A stretch of DNA of 63,994 nt, counting the filler, from Barthelona sp. PAP020 (lineage: Eukaryota), in assembly GCA_040182905.1 (NCBI GenBank). It is 3 parts of 3 records of this genome, joined end to end, with 100 filler letters (N's around TTAATTAATTAA, not from the genome) between each part and the next. Parts side by side here need not be neighbours in the genome. Positions count along the whole stretch, not along the records: positions 1 to 25,504 come from JARQWU010000147.1; positions 25,605 to 50,578 come from JARQWU010000148.1; 1 more part is not named here. One strand, 5' to 3'. Positions 22,034 to 32,056 of this stretch are shown here, piece after piece. Position 1 is the stretch's first letter; every line of letters starts with the position of its first letter. A program made the translations under genes and the position numbers. A model generated the notes under the pieces. The model saw nothing but the letters and a program-made list of their open reading frames with translations, searched no databases and was not told the DNA's origin.

Positions 22034-24826
22034 ATGCGATCATTTGTCAAATTTCGAACATTGAATGCGACAGAACAAGCATCTTTAGTTGTACCACATA
22101 ATAAAACGAAATGGAATCCAACTTTTTCGATTGAAGATAATAAGATACGAGTTTTTGACCTTGGTATTGAAAAGATTTATAATTTTGATCAAATTTTTAA
22201 TCATGATGTCTCACAAAGTGTAATAGCAAATAAGTTTTTGGAAACCGAACTTTTGGGTTCTTTCTATGGTAAATCTTCATTTAATATTGTTTATGGTTCT
22301 GCAATTTCTGGAAAAAGTGATATATTATTTAAAAATACGCAAAAGTTTCAAGGTTTAGCTTTTTGGACTATGGAGTTTTTATATGAACAGAGCCTAAAAT
22401 ATGATAATTGTACTGTTAAATGGCAATGTATATCTGTTAGTAGATCAGATAAATTGTGTGATTTGTTAATTGATGAAAAGAAGAGTTTAGGTTTCAATAC
22501 TGTTTTAGGTTTTGAAGAATTCGCATTAATTGATGAAGCTACAACTTTAGAATTGACTCATAACTCATCGAATGAACTAATGATTGCGTTAAATCGTTTA
22601 TCTGGACAGAATATGCATGTTGTATTGTTATTTTCAGTAACTTTGAATGATAATACTGGAATATTCGGGCTTTTGGATTCTGCATCTGCAGAAATGATTG
22701 ATTTTGATCCCGGTTTACATTATCTTGATCAAATTAGTATAGGTATTGATCCAAGCACAGGATTACATTCAAATACCAACAATTGTAATCTATCAAGACT
22801 TATTGGGTCTGTTATTTTAGATACAAAAATTTCCCTAAATATTTTGCTTTGTTTACCAGTTATTCCTCTGACCAGTTGGATGCACAAACAGATAACATGG
22901 TTGGAAGACTTTCATAAACATGTAGTAAAGCCATCAGAGAAGTTAATTGCTGCATCAGATATTCTTTCAACAAAGGATCTTCATTCCTTGGATGAAGATA
23001 GATTTGAGAGTGTTATTTCAAGAGAAAATCTAATAGAAGGCTCATTAAATGATCTTTTGATGGAAGTGTTCAGTTATTTACCTTCCTCAATAACTTTTAA
23101 TGAAAAAGTGCTATCTAGGGAAGAAGTGACCAATATGTTTCGAGATTGTTCAATTTTGACAAAAGAAACATCGAAGTCACAGCAAGAAGTGATTGATCAA
23201 TTGTTAAATGATTTACATATACGTAGAAAGCAAGTAATTTCATTGGAAGATACTGTAAGTAGTTTATCATCACGTTTAGCCATAGTAGAAATGAAATGGT
23301 CGGGTGAAGCACAAAAAGTTTCACAATTGGAGGGTGAATTACAAACTAAACTGAATGTATCGCCAAATAGACGTAGAAGTGCTATAATTAATTCTGCTCC
23401 ATCTATTTCGTCATCTTTACCATTGAATAATGGTTATAATCAAGGATTTGAAAGAAACATGAAGAAATCAATTAAAACCAAAGAAAAGTCAACAAATACT
23501 CATATAAAGCAACAAAATAATGTTGGTATCAATACGTTCAAACTTCTTAAATCATCCGAACACAATTTGACCTTGAGCTTTCAAAATTTCTCTCTTTGCA
23601 TTTCTCCCAAAGATAGATTTGATCAATCTTGCCAAGTTCAAAATTTCAAAGTGGCTGGTTGCATTAAAGCGACTCAAGTGTGTTCAAAAGATGATGTTTT
23701 ACCTTCAAAAACTTCAAAAATCTTGGATGAATATTTAGAGGAAGAATATGACAAAGTATTTACTCAAGAATTTGCTCAAAATAACACCAAAGAAAAGTAT
23801 GGGGAATTGTATACTATTCCTGAGCCTCAAGAAATTCATATAAAGAAGCATTCCCAAGATTTGTCTCAGATAGAACTGTCTCAATGTAGTCCTGTGGAAA
23901 TTCAACCGGAAATGGACAATTCAAACAATTTATCCATCAAAGAATCACCTCATGAAGTAAAAAGACGATTAAGTCTTTCAAATACTCAAAAAATATTACA
24001 AAAGGCGTTGGGAAAAAGCATTAATGAGATCTTAACTCCGCCTACAAATGTTGTGGGAAGAAAAAAAATTGCCAGAGCACCCAAAATTGTGACAAACAAA
24101 TCCAAGAAGAATTTAAAAAGAGATAAGACACCACAAAATTCAAAGTCTTCACAGAATACCACTTCAAGAATTATGGAATTGAAAACACAGCCAATTAAAA
24201 GGAAAAAGCTTGCAAAAGTCAGTGATTTGCAAGATTTCATTGCTAATTCTAAAGAATTATCCACCCATTCAAGTAAGAAAAAAGCTATTCCTCCATCATT
24301 AAAACCCCCCTCAATATCCACAGATTTAATGCCTGAAATGATGAAAAATTTGGTGAATTATATTGAAGATGTTGTTAAAATTAATCAACAAGCTACGGCT
24401 GAAGAAACAATGAATTCAGTCACTCAAAAGTTTGAAAATTTAGAAAAATCATTGTCTGCAAAGTTGGATCAATTTTCGGAGCAATTCTCTCCATCCTTAG
24501 CAAAAACTCATCAAAATTCTGAGCACTTACATCCAGTAACAAAAAGATTTACCTCAATTCAAAACAAAATGAATAATCAATCATCTTCGAATAAAGCTTT
24601 CTTTGTTGATAGTAATATAACTAGTATTTCCCCCATAAAAACGCCATTGAAATCCTTTCAACCTTTTATTAACACTCCAATATCAAATATAAATTTTGAT
24701 AAAGGAAAATATTCCCATAGAAAGGTTGCTGATGAATATTTTTCTCCAGAAGTTCATATAAAAACACATTCAAAGACTATTAAAAGGCCCACAAAAAAAC
24801 TTTCCAAACATCTGAATTCTTTGTAA
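22034..24826 (+). CDS. Highly divergent kinesin-like protein
   Basis: MRSFVKFR start, YNFDQIF, P-loop YGSAISGKS, degenerate switch II LLDSASAE, LSRLI; coiled coil and low-complexity tail. Confidence 0.65.
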   Translation: MRSFVKFRTLNATEQASLVVPHNKTKWNPTFSIEDNKIRVFDLGIEKIYNFDQIFNHDVSQSVIANKFLETELLGSFYGKSSFNIVYGSAISGKSDILFKNTQKFQGLAFWTMEFLYEQSLKYDNCTVKWQCISVSRSDKLCDLLIDEKKSLGFNTVLGFEEFALIDEATTLELTHNSSNELMIALNRLSGQNMHVVLLFSVTLNDNTGIFGLLDSASAEMIDFDPGLHYLDQISIGIDPSTGLHSNTNNCNLSRLIGSVILDTKISLNILLCLPVIPLTSWMHKQITWLEDFHKHVVKPSEKLIAASDILSTKDLHSLDEDRFESVISRENLIEGSLNDLLMEVFSYLPSSITFNEKVLSREEVTNMFRDCSILTKETSKSQQEVIDQLLNDLHIRRKQVISLEDTVSSLSSRLAIVEMKWSGEAQKVSQLEGELQTKLNVSPNRRRSAIINSAPSISSSLPLNNGYNQGFERNMKKSIKTKEKSTNTHIKQQNNVGINTFKLLKSSEHNLTLSFQNFSLCISPKDRFDQSCQVQNFKVAGCIKATQVCSKDDVLPSKTSKILDEYLEEEYDKVFTQEFAQNNTKEKYGELYTIPEPQEIHIKKHSQDLSQIELSQCSPVEIQPEMDNSNNLSIKESPHEVKRRLSLSNTQKILQKALGKSINEILTPPTNVVGRKKIARAPKIVTNKSKKNLKRDKTPQNSKSSQNTTSRIMELKTQPIKRKKLAKVSDLQDFIANSKELSTHSSKKKAIPPSLKPPSISTDLMPEMMKNLVNYIEDVVKINQQATAEETMNSVTQKFENLEKSLSAKLDQFSEQFSPSLAKTHQNSEHLHPVTKRFTSIQNKMNNQSSSNKAFFVDSNITSISPIKTPLKSFQPFINTPISNINFDKGKYSHRKVADEYFSPEVHIKTHSKTIKRPTKKLSKHLNSL

Positions 24827-25195
24827 ACAAATTTTGTAGATATTAGAACAATAATCTCTTTCTTTTATCTATTAGTCAATTTATATCATATTACAAACAA
24901 AATGACCTGTTTATATTTTTTCTTTTCAGTTATTTTTTCGTTTTTTTGGCTAAAAATTGTGAAAATTGCAATTTTGTTTGATATTCAACAATTTTTTTCA
25001 TAGGAATTGTAATTATAATAATTATAAATGAATTTATTTTTTTTGAATTATTATTCAAGATTTGAAAAAAGCAAATATTTTGTATATTACAGATTACTTT
25101 TATCATTAGATTAAACAAGTGAAAGTTTTAGAAAACGTTTTCTGTTAGAAAAATAAAAATTGTTCCAATTCAAATTTTTTTTAACACATTTTACC

Positions 25196-25504
25196 ATGCA
25201 AAGTTCCAAATATAGTTCAAAAAGAAATATTCCTGATGAGTTTCCACAAATAATGATGGATTTTACCAGAGAAATTCTTCGAAAATTGACATATGAAGAT
25301 ATTTCCAACATTTATGAATTTGGCGCTAGCTATTTTCAAGCATTATATAATGATGAACAGGCTCAAGGGGAAAATATTCTTTCTAGATTTTCAAATAATG
25401 AATTAGAATCAATGATTGGTGAGTTGTTTATGGCTGCTGATGCTAATGGAGATGGACATTTGTCATGGGAAGAATTTAGTGAATCTTTAAGCAGTTCATC
25501 ATTA
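25196..25504 (+). CDS. RIIa D/D domain + EF-hand protein (radial spoke RSP7-like), truncated by contig end
   Basis: IPDEFPQIMMDFTREILR..NIYEFGASYF (RIIa) and LFMAADANGDGHLSWEEF (EF-hand); ATG at 25196; runs into Ns. Confidence 0.75.
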
Positions 25505-25604
25505 NNNNNNNNNNNNNNNNNNNNNNNNNNNNNNNNNNNNNNNNNNNNTTAATTAATTAANNNNNNNNNNNNNNNNNNNNNNNNNNNNNNNNNNNNNNNN
25601 NNNN
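25505..25604. other. Artificial contig-joining spacer (N44-TTAATTAATTAA-N44)
   Basis: 100 nt; the 12-mer has stops in all six frames; identical spacer at 50579-50678. Confidence 0.97.
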
Positions 25605-25608
25605 TATT

Positions 25609-25720
25609 AAAAAAATATTTTTGTTCGTCTTGAACTCTTAAGGCAACCATTCTCTGGAGCCTTTGCTAAACATCTTTGTTTAGTGATCAATTTATGGATG
25701 ACCGAAGTAAAACCTCGGTC
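25609..25720 (-). ncRNA. U6: Divergent U6 spliceosomal snRNA (candidate)
   Basis: Minus strand: 5' hairpin GACCGAGG-UUUUA-CUUCGGUC; AUCCAUAAAUUG; ACAAAGA at nt 42; 5-nt spacer; AGC triad; ISL AAGGC-U-CCA-GAGAA-UGG-UU-GCCUU; U7 Pol III terminator; about 110 nt. Confidence 0.75.
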
Positions 25721-25907
25721 CCAATTTATTCTTTGGAACTCAAACTTGCCAAATTTTTTTTTTAAAAAAAAATTTTATGGAAATTTTATTCGAGAGAAGT
25801 CATCATCCAATCCTTCCAAAAAATAACATAAACAAATAAATTCAAAATAAATTACAAGTTCTTTATGAAGAAAAAAGGAAAACACAATCATATAAAAAGC
25901 TACAAAA

Positions 25908-28900
25908 TTACAAAGGAAGTTCATCAATATCATCAAAAAGGATGTCATCAAAACCATCATTTGGTTGAACATTATTTAAACTTGATTGCATAGACACTGG
26001 TTGTTGTTGTTTATTCTGTTGATCAAGCATTCTAGTGATCAAATTCATAGTACCTTCATCAGCAAAATGTTTGAGTTGTAATTGTCTTGATTTCATCTGT
26101 TGAATCAAAAGATTTGTCTTGGCAAGATCTTTAACCCTGTAAAAATAATAATAGATTAAAACAGCATAAATATCACCAATTTGAACCATAGTTGATGCAC
26201 GAGTGAAGATATTCAAAGAGTTGGATCTCAAATTAACATCATCAATCAATATTTGATTGAGATTGTTAACAACTTCCGCAGCCTCACTTGAATTTGCTGG
26301 ATATGCTGGACTGAACATATTATCATCAACTTGGTCCAATGAAAAATATGACTTTATGTGCATATATACAACAGGATCGTTACCAAAGTATCCAACCAAT
26401 GCAGTTTTATATTTGGTAAAATTCTGGATGTCTTCTATCTGTTTAATTAGCCATTGTTTTGAGAAGTCAATTCTTTGAATCAAATTAGTAGCTCCCACAT
26501 CTGATTGGTCGATCTGAAATTTGGGATTCTCCAAAATTTTCACACACTCAGCAAAGGCTTTTGCTCCTTGATCATAAAGTAGTTCATCCAATATCTTACT
26601 TTCACCCAAAGCAAAATAGAATCTGGCAAGCTTAAGATAGGATTTTCCTTTGATATAAAAACTAATGATTAATTTTTTAAGTTTCATTTCCCCTCTCCAA
26701 TTCTTTGTTTTGATGAAATCAGCAACTTTTTCAAATATTTCGGGATTTTTACAAATTTTTGCAAATTTCACAACCTTATCAATGTTATTTGTACGTATTA
26801 AACATTCAAGAGCTCTCACTTGTGATCCTCCTTGACTGTATTTAATAGCAGCATGACTGTACTTTTTTTGCCCTTCCAAAATCTCACCAAACTTGATGTA
26901 ATCTTCTGAATTGGCATCTTTTCTTTGATTAATGGATTCCAAAGTTTTGTTATCAATTACAATTTTATATTTTTCAATCATTTCCAAAATTTCCGATAAA
27001 GGATATTCAGGACGCTTCAAATAGATTCGTAATGACTTTTCAGGTTCCCCTCTTCTTAAAAATAATTCAGAAATTTTCTTGAATAATCTGGGATTATCTG
27101 GAATGTCTTGTAAAGGTAGATCGTCAATAAGTTGTACTTGTCCTTGTGCTACAGAAAGATTGATTGCTCTTTCTATTAAACCTGCCTGGAAATAAAGCTT
27201 GATTGCTCGAATAACATCATCATGGTCAAATAAAATCTTCCCTGCATATATTTTCAAACGAATGTCAGAAGACATGTTTGCAAACGAATAGACCAAGTTT
27301 AGATTACCCATCTTTAATGCTAATGCAAGGGCTTCAGAATAAAATTCTCCTTCAGAATATAATTGAAGAGCTTTTTGACGATTTAACTCAACATTATCAA
27401 TCTCGATTTGTTTAACGTTAGAATCTCTTTGGTTATCTATATCGATCTGATGAGCCAATAAAATTCGATCTTCTATTCCCATATCATTACCCAAATTGTT
27501 AGCAGCATATTGTTTTGAGCTAGCGTTAACATTTTCCTCAAAAACATGAAACTTACTGAAAGATTGATCTGCTTTGATTGTTTGATCGCAATTTTCAAGA
27601 TGTCTAGCAAAGTAAAGTATCATTTGCTTACGATACTGAATTTCTTTTGTCTTTTTAATCAATTCAAACAATTGCTCAAATTGTTGGGTTTCAACAAGAA
27701 TCTTTGCAACCATTTTTCCATTTTTCAAACGAATAAAATGTTCCAACGGCATTTCTGGACTTTCTGCAAAATGATCAATGAATTGTGCATGAAATTCTTG
27801 CAAACCAAAATAGTCTTGACAAATCGTTTCCAAATATTCATAATCACCAATTGAATTGAGAATATTTTTGATTTTTGCTAAATTATTACTTTGAGAATAG
27901 TTTACAATAGCTGCATCTGTATCATTTTCAAGTTCTTTTGCTAAAGCAGTTTGATAATATAGATTCTTCAAATAGATTCTATCTTTGTCTTTAGCTATTT
28001 CTAAAGCCTTTTCAAAATCATTTAAATCAGTGTATAACTTAACCATTAGGTCATATCTTCCTAACTTTTCATATATATTCATTGCATCATCAACCATATT
28101 CAAATGAATGGCAATTTCTGCAAGACATAACATTTCGTAATCGGATTGAGGTTGACTGTTAAATAGAGAATTTGAAACTTCATTTTTACTTGATAGATCA
28201 GCATTATTAGGTCCATTTGCTTCATTTACCTTATTAGATGATAGATTTAAAGGTTTAATCTTTGAAACAGATGGTAAAAAATGTTCAATTACAAAAGAAG
28301 GCTGTAAATTATTCAAATGTGATAAGCATAACTGAAGAAATGGAAAATTTTGAATTTTAACACAAATTCTGGCCATTGTTCTCCACAAATTGCTCTTTCC
28401 TTGATTTTGAGATATAACCATGTTGATCTTATTTAAATCTTCGGTAATAATATTGGAACAGAAATCAATTAACGATTTAACCGTCTTTTCATCAGATGGA
28501 TCTTCCAATTCTTTGAAGAAATTCATTAATTCTTTGGTAATATTGTTTTCCAACTTATCACTAATATTAGAAGACGTTTGAGTAGTGGTACTCATACCAA
28601 ACACATAGTAAGGAATTGAAGTTCCCAAGAAATTATAAACAGTGGAATTTTCATGCTTATCAAATAGGAAAACATGATCTTTATGAAAGTAGAAAGACAA
28701 AACAATTGATTTCTTTGACTCATCATTCACCAATTCAACATTTAATACAGTACTTTCAATTGTATCCCATTGTAAAGTGATTGGACGGTAATCTTTGGTA
28801 ACATAATCAAAAATCTTTAATAGAGAAAAAGATCCACTGCTGACATCACAAATATGAACATTTTCCTCAGTTAAAAAGGCAAATTGTTCACCAGAAATGT

Positions 28901-30716
28901 TCAAATCACAAATAATAGGAACAGATCGAACTGGACTCTTTAAAAAGATCTTAGGTATGAAACCATCGTCTGTTAATTCAAAAACAAAGAAAAACAAACG
29001 TGTTGTAGGAATGATGAAATATTTCCCTTTCTGTACAACTTTTAAAGCTTCTCCATGCTCTAAATTGAAACGATAACTATGTAAACTTTCCATTTCTAAA
29101 GTTTGAAAGATTAAACAATTATCAGATGTAATGGCAATCAAATAAGACTTGTAAACTTTAACATCTCTCACCAAATGATCTAAAGTGCGATTAAAAGTAA
29201 AGACGAACTTACCGAATTCATCAACTTCGAAACTGTATATCTTGATGCCTTGATTTGTTGTGCAGCATAAATATTTTTCACCAATACAAAAGGCAATTAT
29301 TGTTGCTTCAACATCTAAAACACTCGAAATGTCTCCAAACTTATTGCAAATTAATAATTTAGAAGGTTCTACATGCCTTAATATGCAAATATTATTGAAA
29401 ACTTTTTGAATCAAAGATTTATAAATGTTTTCCATTACAACTGAACATGTTCCATCTTCCTTCATGATTAACATTTTTTCTTCCATGGCAGAAAGCAATT
29501 CTCCTTTCAATAATATTGTTTTACAAGGTGACTCATTCTTTAATACCTCTGTTGCTGTTAAAGTCCATTGTTTATCATGAAATAATCGTTCATCAAAATA
29601 ACCCTTGAAAAGAAATACCCTATTTTCAGTTGTACTAAAAAATATTGAACCATTTCTTGCAACACAATTGATAATACGTTCAGAATTCGAATTCGTTGGA
29701 AATAATAGAGTAAAACTCTCTTCAGTTTCTAAATTCCAAAACTTCAAATTGTTTTCACCAGAACAAGTCACAAAAATGCCTGGATGCAAGTCTTTTGCAT
29801 AAAAAATTCTAGTTGAATCGCCAGAATATCCTAACTTTGAAAACCGTTGACTTGTTTTCACACTATTAAACAATTCAATCTCTACATTCAATTCTTTAGC
29901 AGAATCATTATTTTTACTGACATTACGATTAGGACTACCAGCTCCATATTCTTCTTTAACAGGAAATTGAGTAATCCAATGTTCCAATTCATGTGATGCT
30001 TTAATAACAACATATTTGTAATTCTTGAAGATTAGATGTTCATTATCATCATAAGAATTGGCAACAGGATAAACGTTAAAAAGCACAATATCAGGTGTTT
30101 CACTTCTAAAAATTGCTCTAACCTCACTTTGAGGATGTTCAGTATCAATATTTTTAACATGTATCTCAAGAATCTCTCGTTTATTACAGATTAAGAAAAA
30201 AATCAAATCATTGCTAAACTTACGTAAATTTGGAAAAGATACTAGGGAAATACTGGATAAATTTTCCTTTAAATTCAAATAATTCATCAATTTGTGACTA
30301 ACTAATGCTTTTGAATCACTTTCAAAATCAATACTAAACAGAGAAAACCCACATTTTTCATCAATTGAAAGAAAAAATTCCTCAAATCCTTCAATCACAC
30401 CTATAAACTTCAATGATCTTCGATGATGTTCTAAACTCTCAATACATTGTTCGCCAGTTGCTATATCATAATGTAATACAACACCTTCACTAAATCCAGC
30501 ATATAAAATATGTGCAGAAGGATGCCAACATAATGTTGTTGCTGGTAATACTCGAGAAATAGTACGGTCATCAATTAACTCACATGTGTCAGAAAAAATA
30601 AAAATGTGACCAGAAGTAGAAGATACTGCAAAAATTGGTTCGGTCGGATGTGTTGCAATTATCGATGCTTTCCCTTGTGGTAACTTTAATTGATATTCTG
30701 TTAACAAACTTTTCAT
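25908..30716 (-). CDS. IFT140: Intraflagellar transport protein 140 (IFT-A)
   Basis: N-terminal WD40 (LCWHP), then LWRTMARICVK..CLSHL, AIHLNMVDDA..Y...RYDLM, KDRIYLKNLYY, YSHAAIKYSQGG; first ATG at 30716. Confidence 0.9.
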   Translation of the reverse strand: MKSLLTEYQLKLPQGKASIIATHPTEPIFAVSSTSGHIFIFSDTCELIDDRTISRVLPATTLCWHPSAHILYAGFSEGVVLHYDIATGEQCIESLEHHRRSLKFIGVIEGFEEFFLSIDEKCGFSLFSIDFESDSKALVSHKLMNYLNLKENLSSISLVSFPNLRKFSNDLIFFLICNKREILEIHVKNIDTEHPQSEVRAIFRSETPDIVLFNVYPVANSYDDNEHLIFKNYKYVVIKASHELEHWITQFPVKEEYGAGSPNRNVSKNNDSAKELNVEIELFNSVKTSQRFSKLGYSGDSTRIFYAKDLHPGIFVTCSGENNLKFWNLETEESFTLLFPTNSNSERIINCVARNGSIFFSTTENRVFLFKGYFDERLFHDKQWTLTATEVLKNESPCKTILLKGELLSAMEEKMLIMKEDGTCSVVMENIYKSLIQKVFNNICILRHVEPSKLLICNKFGDISSVLDVEATIIAFCIGEKYLCCTTNQGIKIYSFEVDEFGKFVFTFNRTLDHLVRDVKVYKSYLIAITSDNCLIFQTLEMESLHSYRFNLEHGEALKVVQKGKYFIIPTTRLFFFVFELTDDGFIPKIFLKSPVRSVPIICDLNISGEQFAFLTEENVHICDVSSGSFSLLKIFDYVTKDYRPITLQWDTIESTVLNVELVNDESKKSIVLSFYFHKDHVFLFDKHENSTVYNFLGTSIPYYVFGMSTTTQTSSNISDKLENNITKELMNFFKELEDPSDEKTVKSLIDFCSNIITEDLNKINMVISQNQGKSNLWRTMARICVKIQNFPFLQLCLSHLNNLQPSFVIEHFLPSVSKIKPLNLSSNKVNEANGPNNADLSSKNEVSNSLFNSQPQSDYEMLCLAEIAIHLNMVDDAMNIYEKLGRYDLMVKLYTDLNDFEKALEIAKDKDRIYLKNLYYQTALAKELENDTDAAIVNYSQSNNLAKIKNILNSIGDYEYLETICQDYFGLQEFHAQFIDHFAESPEMPLEHFIRLKNGKMVAKILVETQQFEQLFELIKKTKEIQYRKQMILYFARHLENCDQTIKADQSFSKFHVFEENVNASSKQYAANNLGNDMGIEDRILLAHQIDIDNQRDSNVKQIEIDNVELNRQKALQLYSEGEFYSEALALALKMGNLNLVYSFANMSSDIRLKIYAGKILFDHDDVIRAIKLYFQAGLIERAINLSVAQGQVQLIDDLPLQDIPDNPRLFKKISELFLRRGEPEKSLRIYLKRPEYPLSEILEMIEKYKIVIDNKTLESINQRKDANSEDYIKFGEILEGQKKYSHAAIKYSQGGSQVRALECLIRTNNIDKVVKFAKICKNPEIFEKVADFIKTKNWRGEMKLKKLIISFYIKGKSYLKLARFYFALGESKILDELLYDQGAKAFAECVKILENPKFQIDQSDVGATNLIQRIDFSKQWLIKQIEDIQNFTKYKTALVGYFGNDPVVYMHIKSYFSLDQVDDNMFSPAYPANSSEAAEVVNNLNQILIDDVNLRSNSLNIFTRASTMVQIGDIYAVLIYYYFYRVKDLAKTNLLIQQMKSRQLQLKHFADEGTMNLITRMLDQQNKQQQPVSMQSSLNNVQPNDGFDDILFDDIDELPL

Positions 30717-30981
30717 GGAATCAAAAAAAAAAATCAAAAATCAAAAACCAAATAAAAAAAAAGTTCTCTTTTTATGTTTAACAAAACGTTAAATTCAATT
30801 TAAAACAATTTAAGTTACTTATGTAAATATTGTTAATCCAATAATTATTTGAAAGAATTAAAATCTGAAATTTTCTTTTACAATAATTTTTGCCAAAAAT
30901 TTCATCATTTTATTCAAAAATGGTTATAAAAAAAGACTATTATTTATTTGACTATCACATATATTGGTTCTTCCATTAAAA

Positions 30982-31846
30982 TTATGCTTCTTCAGGTAAA
31001 CTATCATAGCCATAATCCAATACCATGTCCACATAAGCAATTAAGTTGATTAAAGTATCTTCAGTTTTGTCTAACTTTTGAAATTTTATCAAACCCCAAT
31101 CATTCAATAGATCAGCTATCTTATGATTCAACCCTCTCAAATGTTCCAACTGAACCTCCTCATTCAAACCATTCTTAATCATGTATATATTAGGATCCAA
31201 ATATCTTTCCAAATCAATCATGGATTCTGCCAAATCGCATTTAGACAAAACATTTATGTGAGAAATACTTAATTGAATCATGGCAGATAAACACATCAAC
31301 ATACCACTGACATATCTAGACATACCATCAACAAAAGTGGCATCCATCATATACAAACCAACAATGCGATATCCTTTATTCTGAAAAGTTTTTAAAATAT
31401 TCTTCATCACAGGAATGTGAGAGTACAATTCTATTTGTCCAGGACAATCAATGATTAAATAATCATCATCAAAATCACCTAATTCTTCCTCAAACTGTCC
31501 AATATTATTGTAAAGAAACTCCAAACAAAAAATCAACGCCCCATTCGGTCCCAAATGCAAATCTTCATCTTCCATTGCATCAACAGTTTGAATGTAATTT
31601 CTAATATCAACTGATGGCTCATATGGCAAATATTCAGCCGCTGGATCTAAATTAACAATATGCACACTTCTTCTGGTCGTTTGAAAATGTTCTAATGCTC
31701 TTGCACAATATGTTGACTAGATTTGTTAGTTCAATATAAAAAATCCAAGTTGAATACTTTTCCCTACAAAGAGTTAGATGAAAATAAAGTGTTGATTTTC
31801 TTACACTTCCGGCAGCACCCATCACAAGTTGAGCGAACTTACCCAT
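30982..31846 (-). CDS. GPN3: GPN-loop GTPase 3; 3 exons: 31846-31805, 31763-31758, 31716-30982
   Basis: Spliced product MGKFAQLVMGAAGS|GK|STYCARALEHFQTTRRSVHIVNLDPAAE..LGPNGALIFCLE..DCPGQIELYSH..HINVLSKCD; both introns GT..CTAAC..TAG, frame restored. Confidence 0.93.
31717..31757 (-). other. Spliceosomal intron (41 nt), GPN3 intron 2
   Basis: GTATTCAACTTGGATTTTTTATATTGAACTAACAAATCTAG. Confidence 0.9.
31764..31804 (-). other. Spliceosomal intron (41 nt), GPN3 intron 1
   Basis: GTAAGAAAATCAACACTTTATTTTCATCTAACTCTTTGTAG. Confidence 0.9.
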
Positions 31847-32056
31847 TTTTGTATCGTTTTTTTTTGGATAATAAAAAAAAAATTTTGGATGTTAACAAAT
31901 CCTCATTCTTTAAGAAAAAAAATGGCCATTAAATACTTTGAAATAACGTTTATTATTAATTGACGAGTGCCATCCTTTTAGAAATGATAAAAAGGTCTTT
32001 CAAACAAACGCACATTTAAATTGAAATTGTTTCAATTTTTTTTTTTAAATAATCTC

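Noticed and set aside
25549..25560. TTAATTAATTAA palindrome inside N runs (also 50623-50634)
   Set aside because: Six-frame-stop assembly linker, not biological; adjacency across it cannot be trusted.
25640..25750. Plus-strand reading of the structured locus as U2, U5, U4atac, RNase P or SRP RNA
   Set aside because: Lacks GUAGUA, GCCUUUUAC, P4 and SRP helix-8 motifs; the minus-strand U6 model explains motif order, spacing and terminator.
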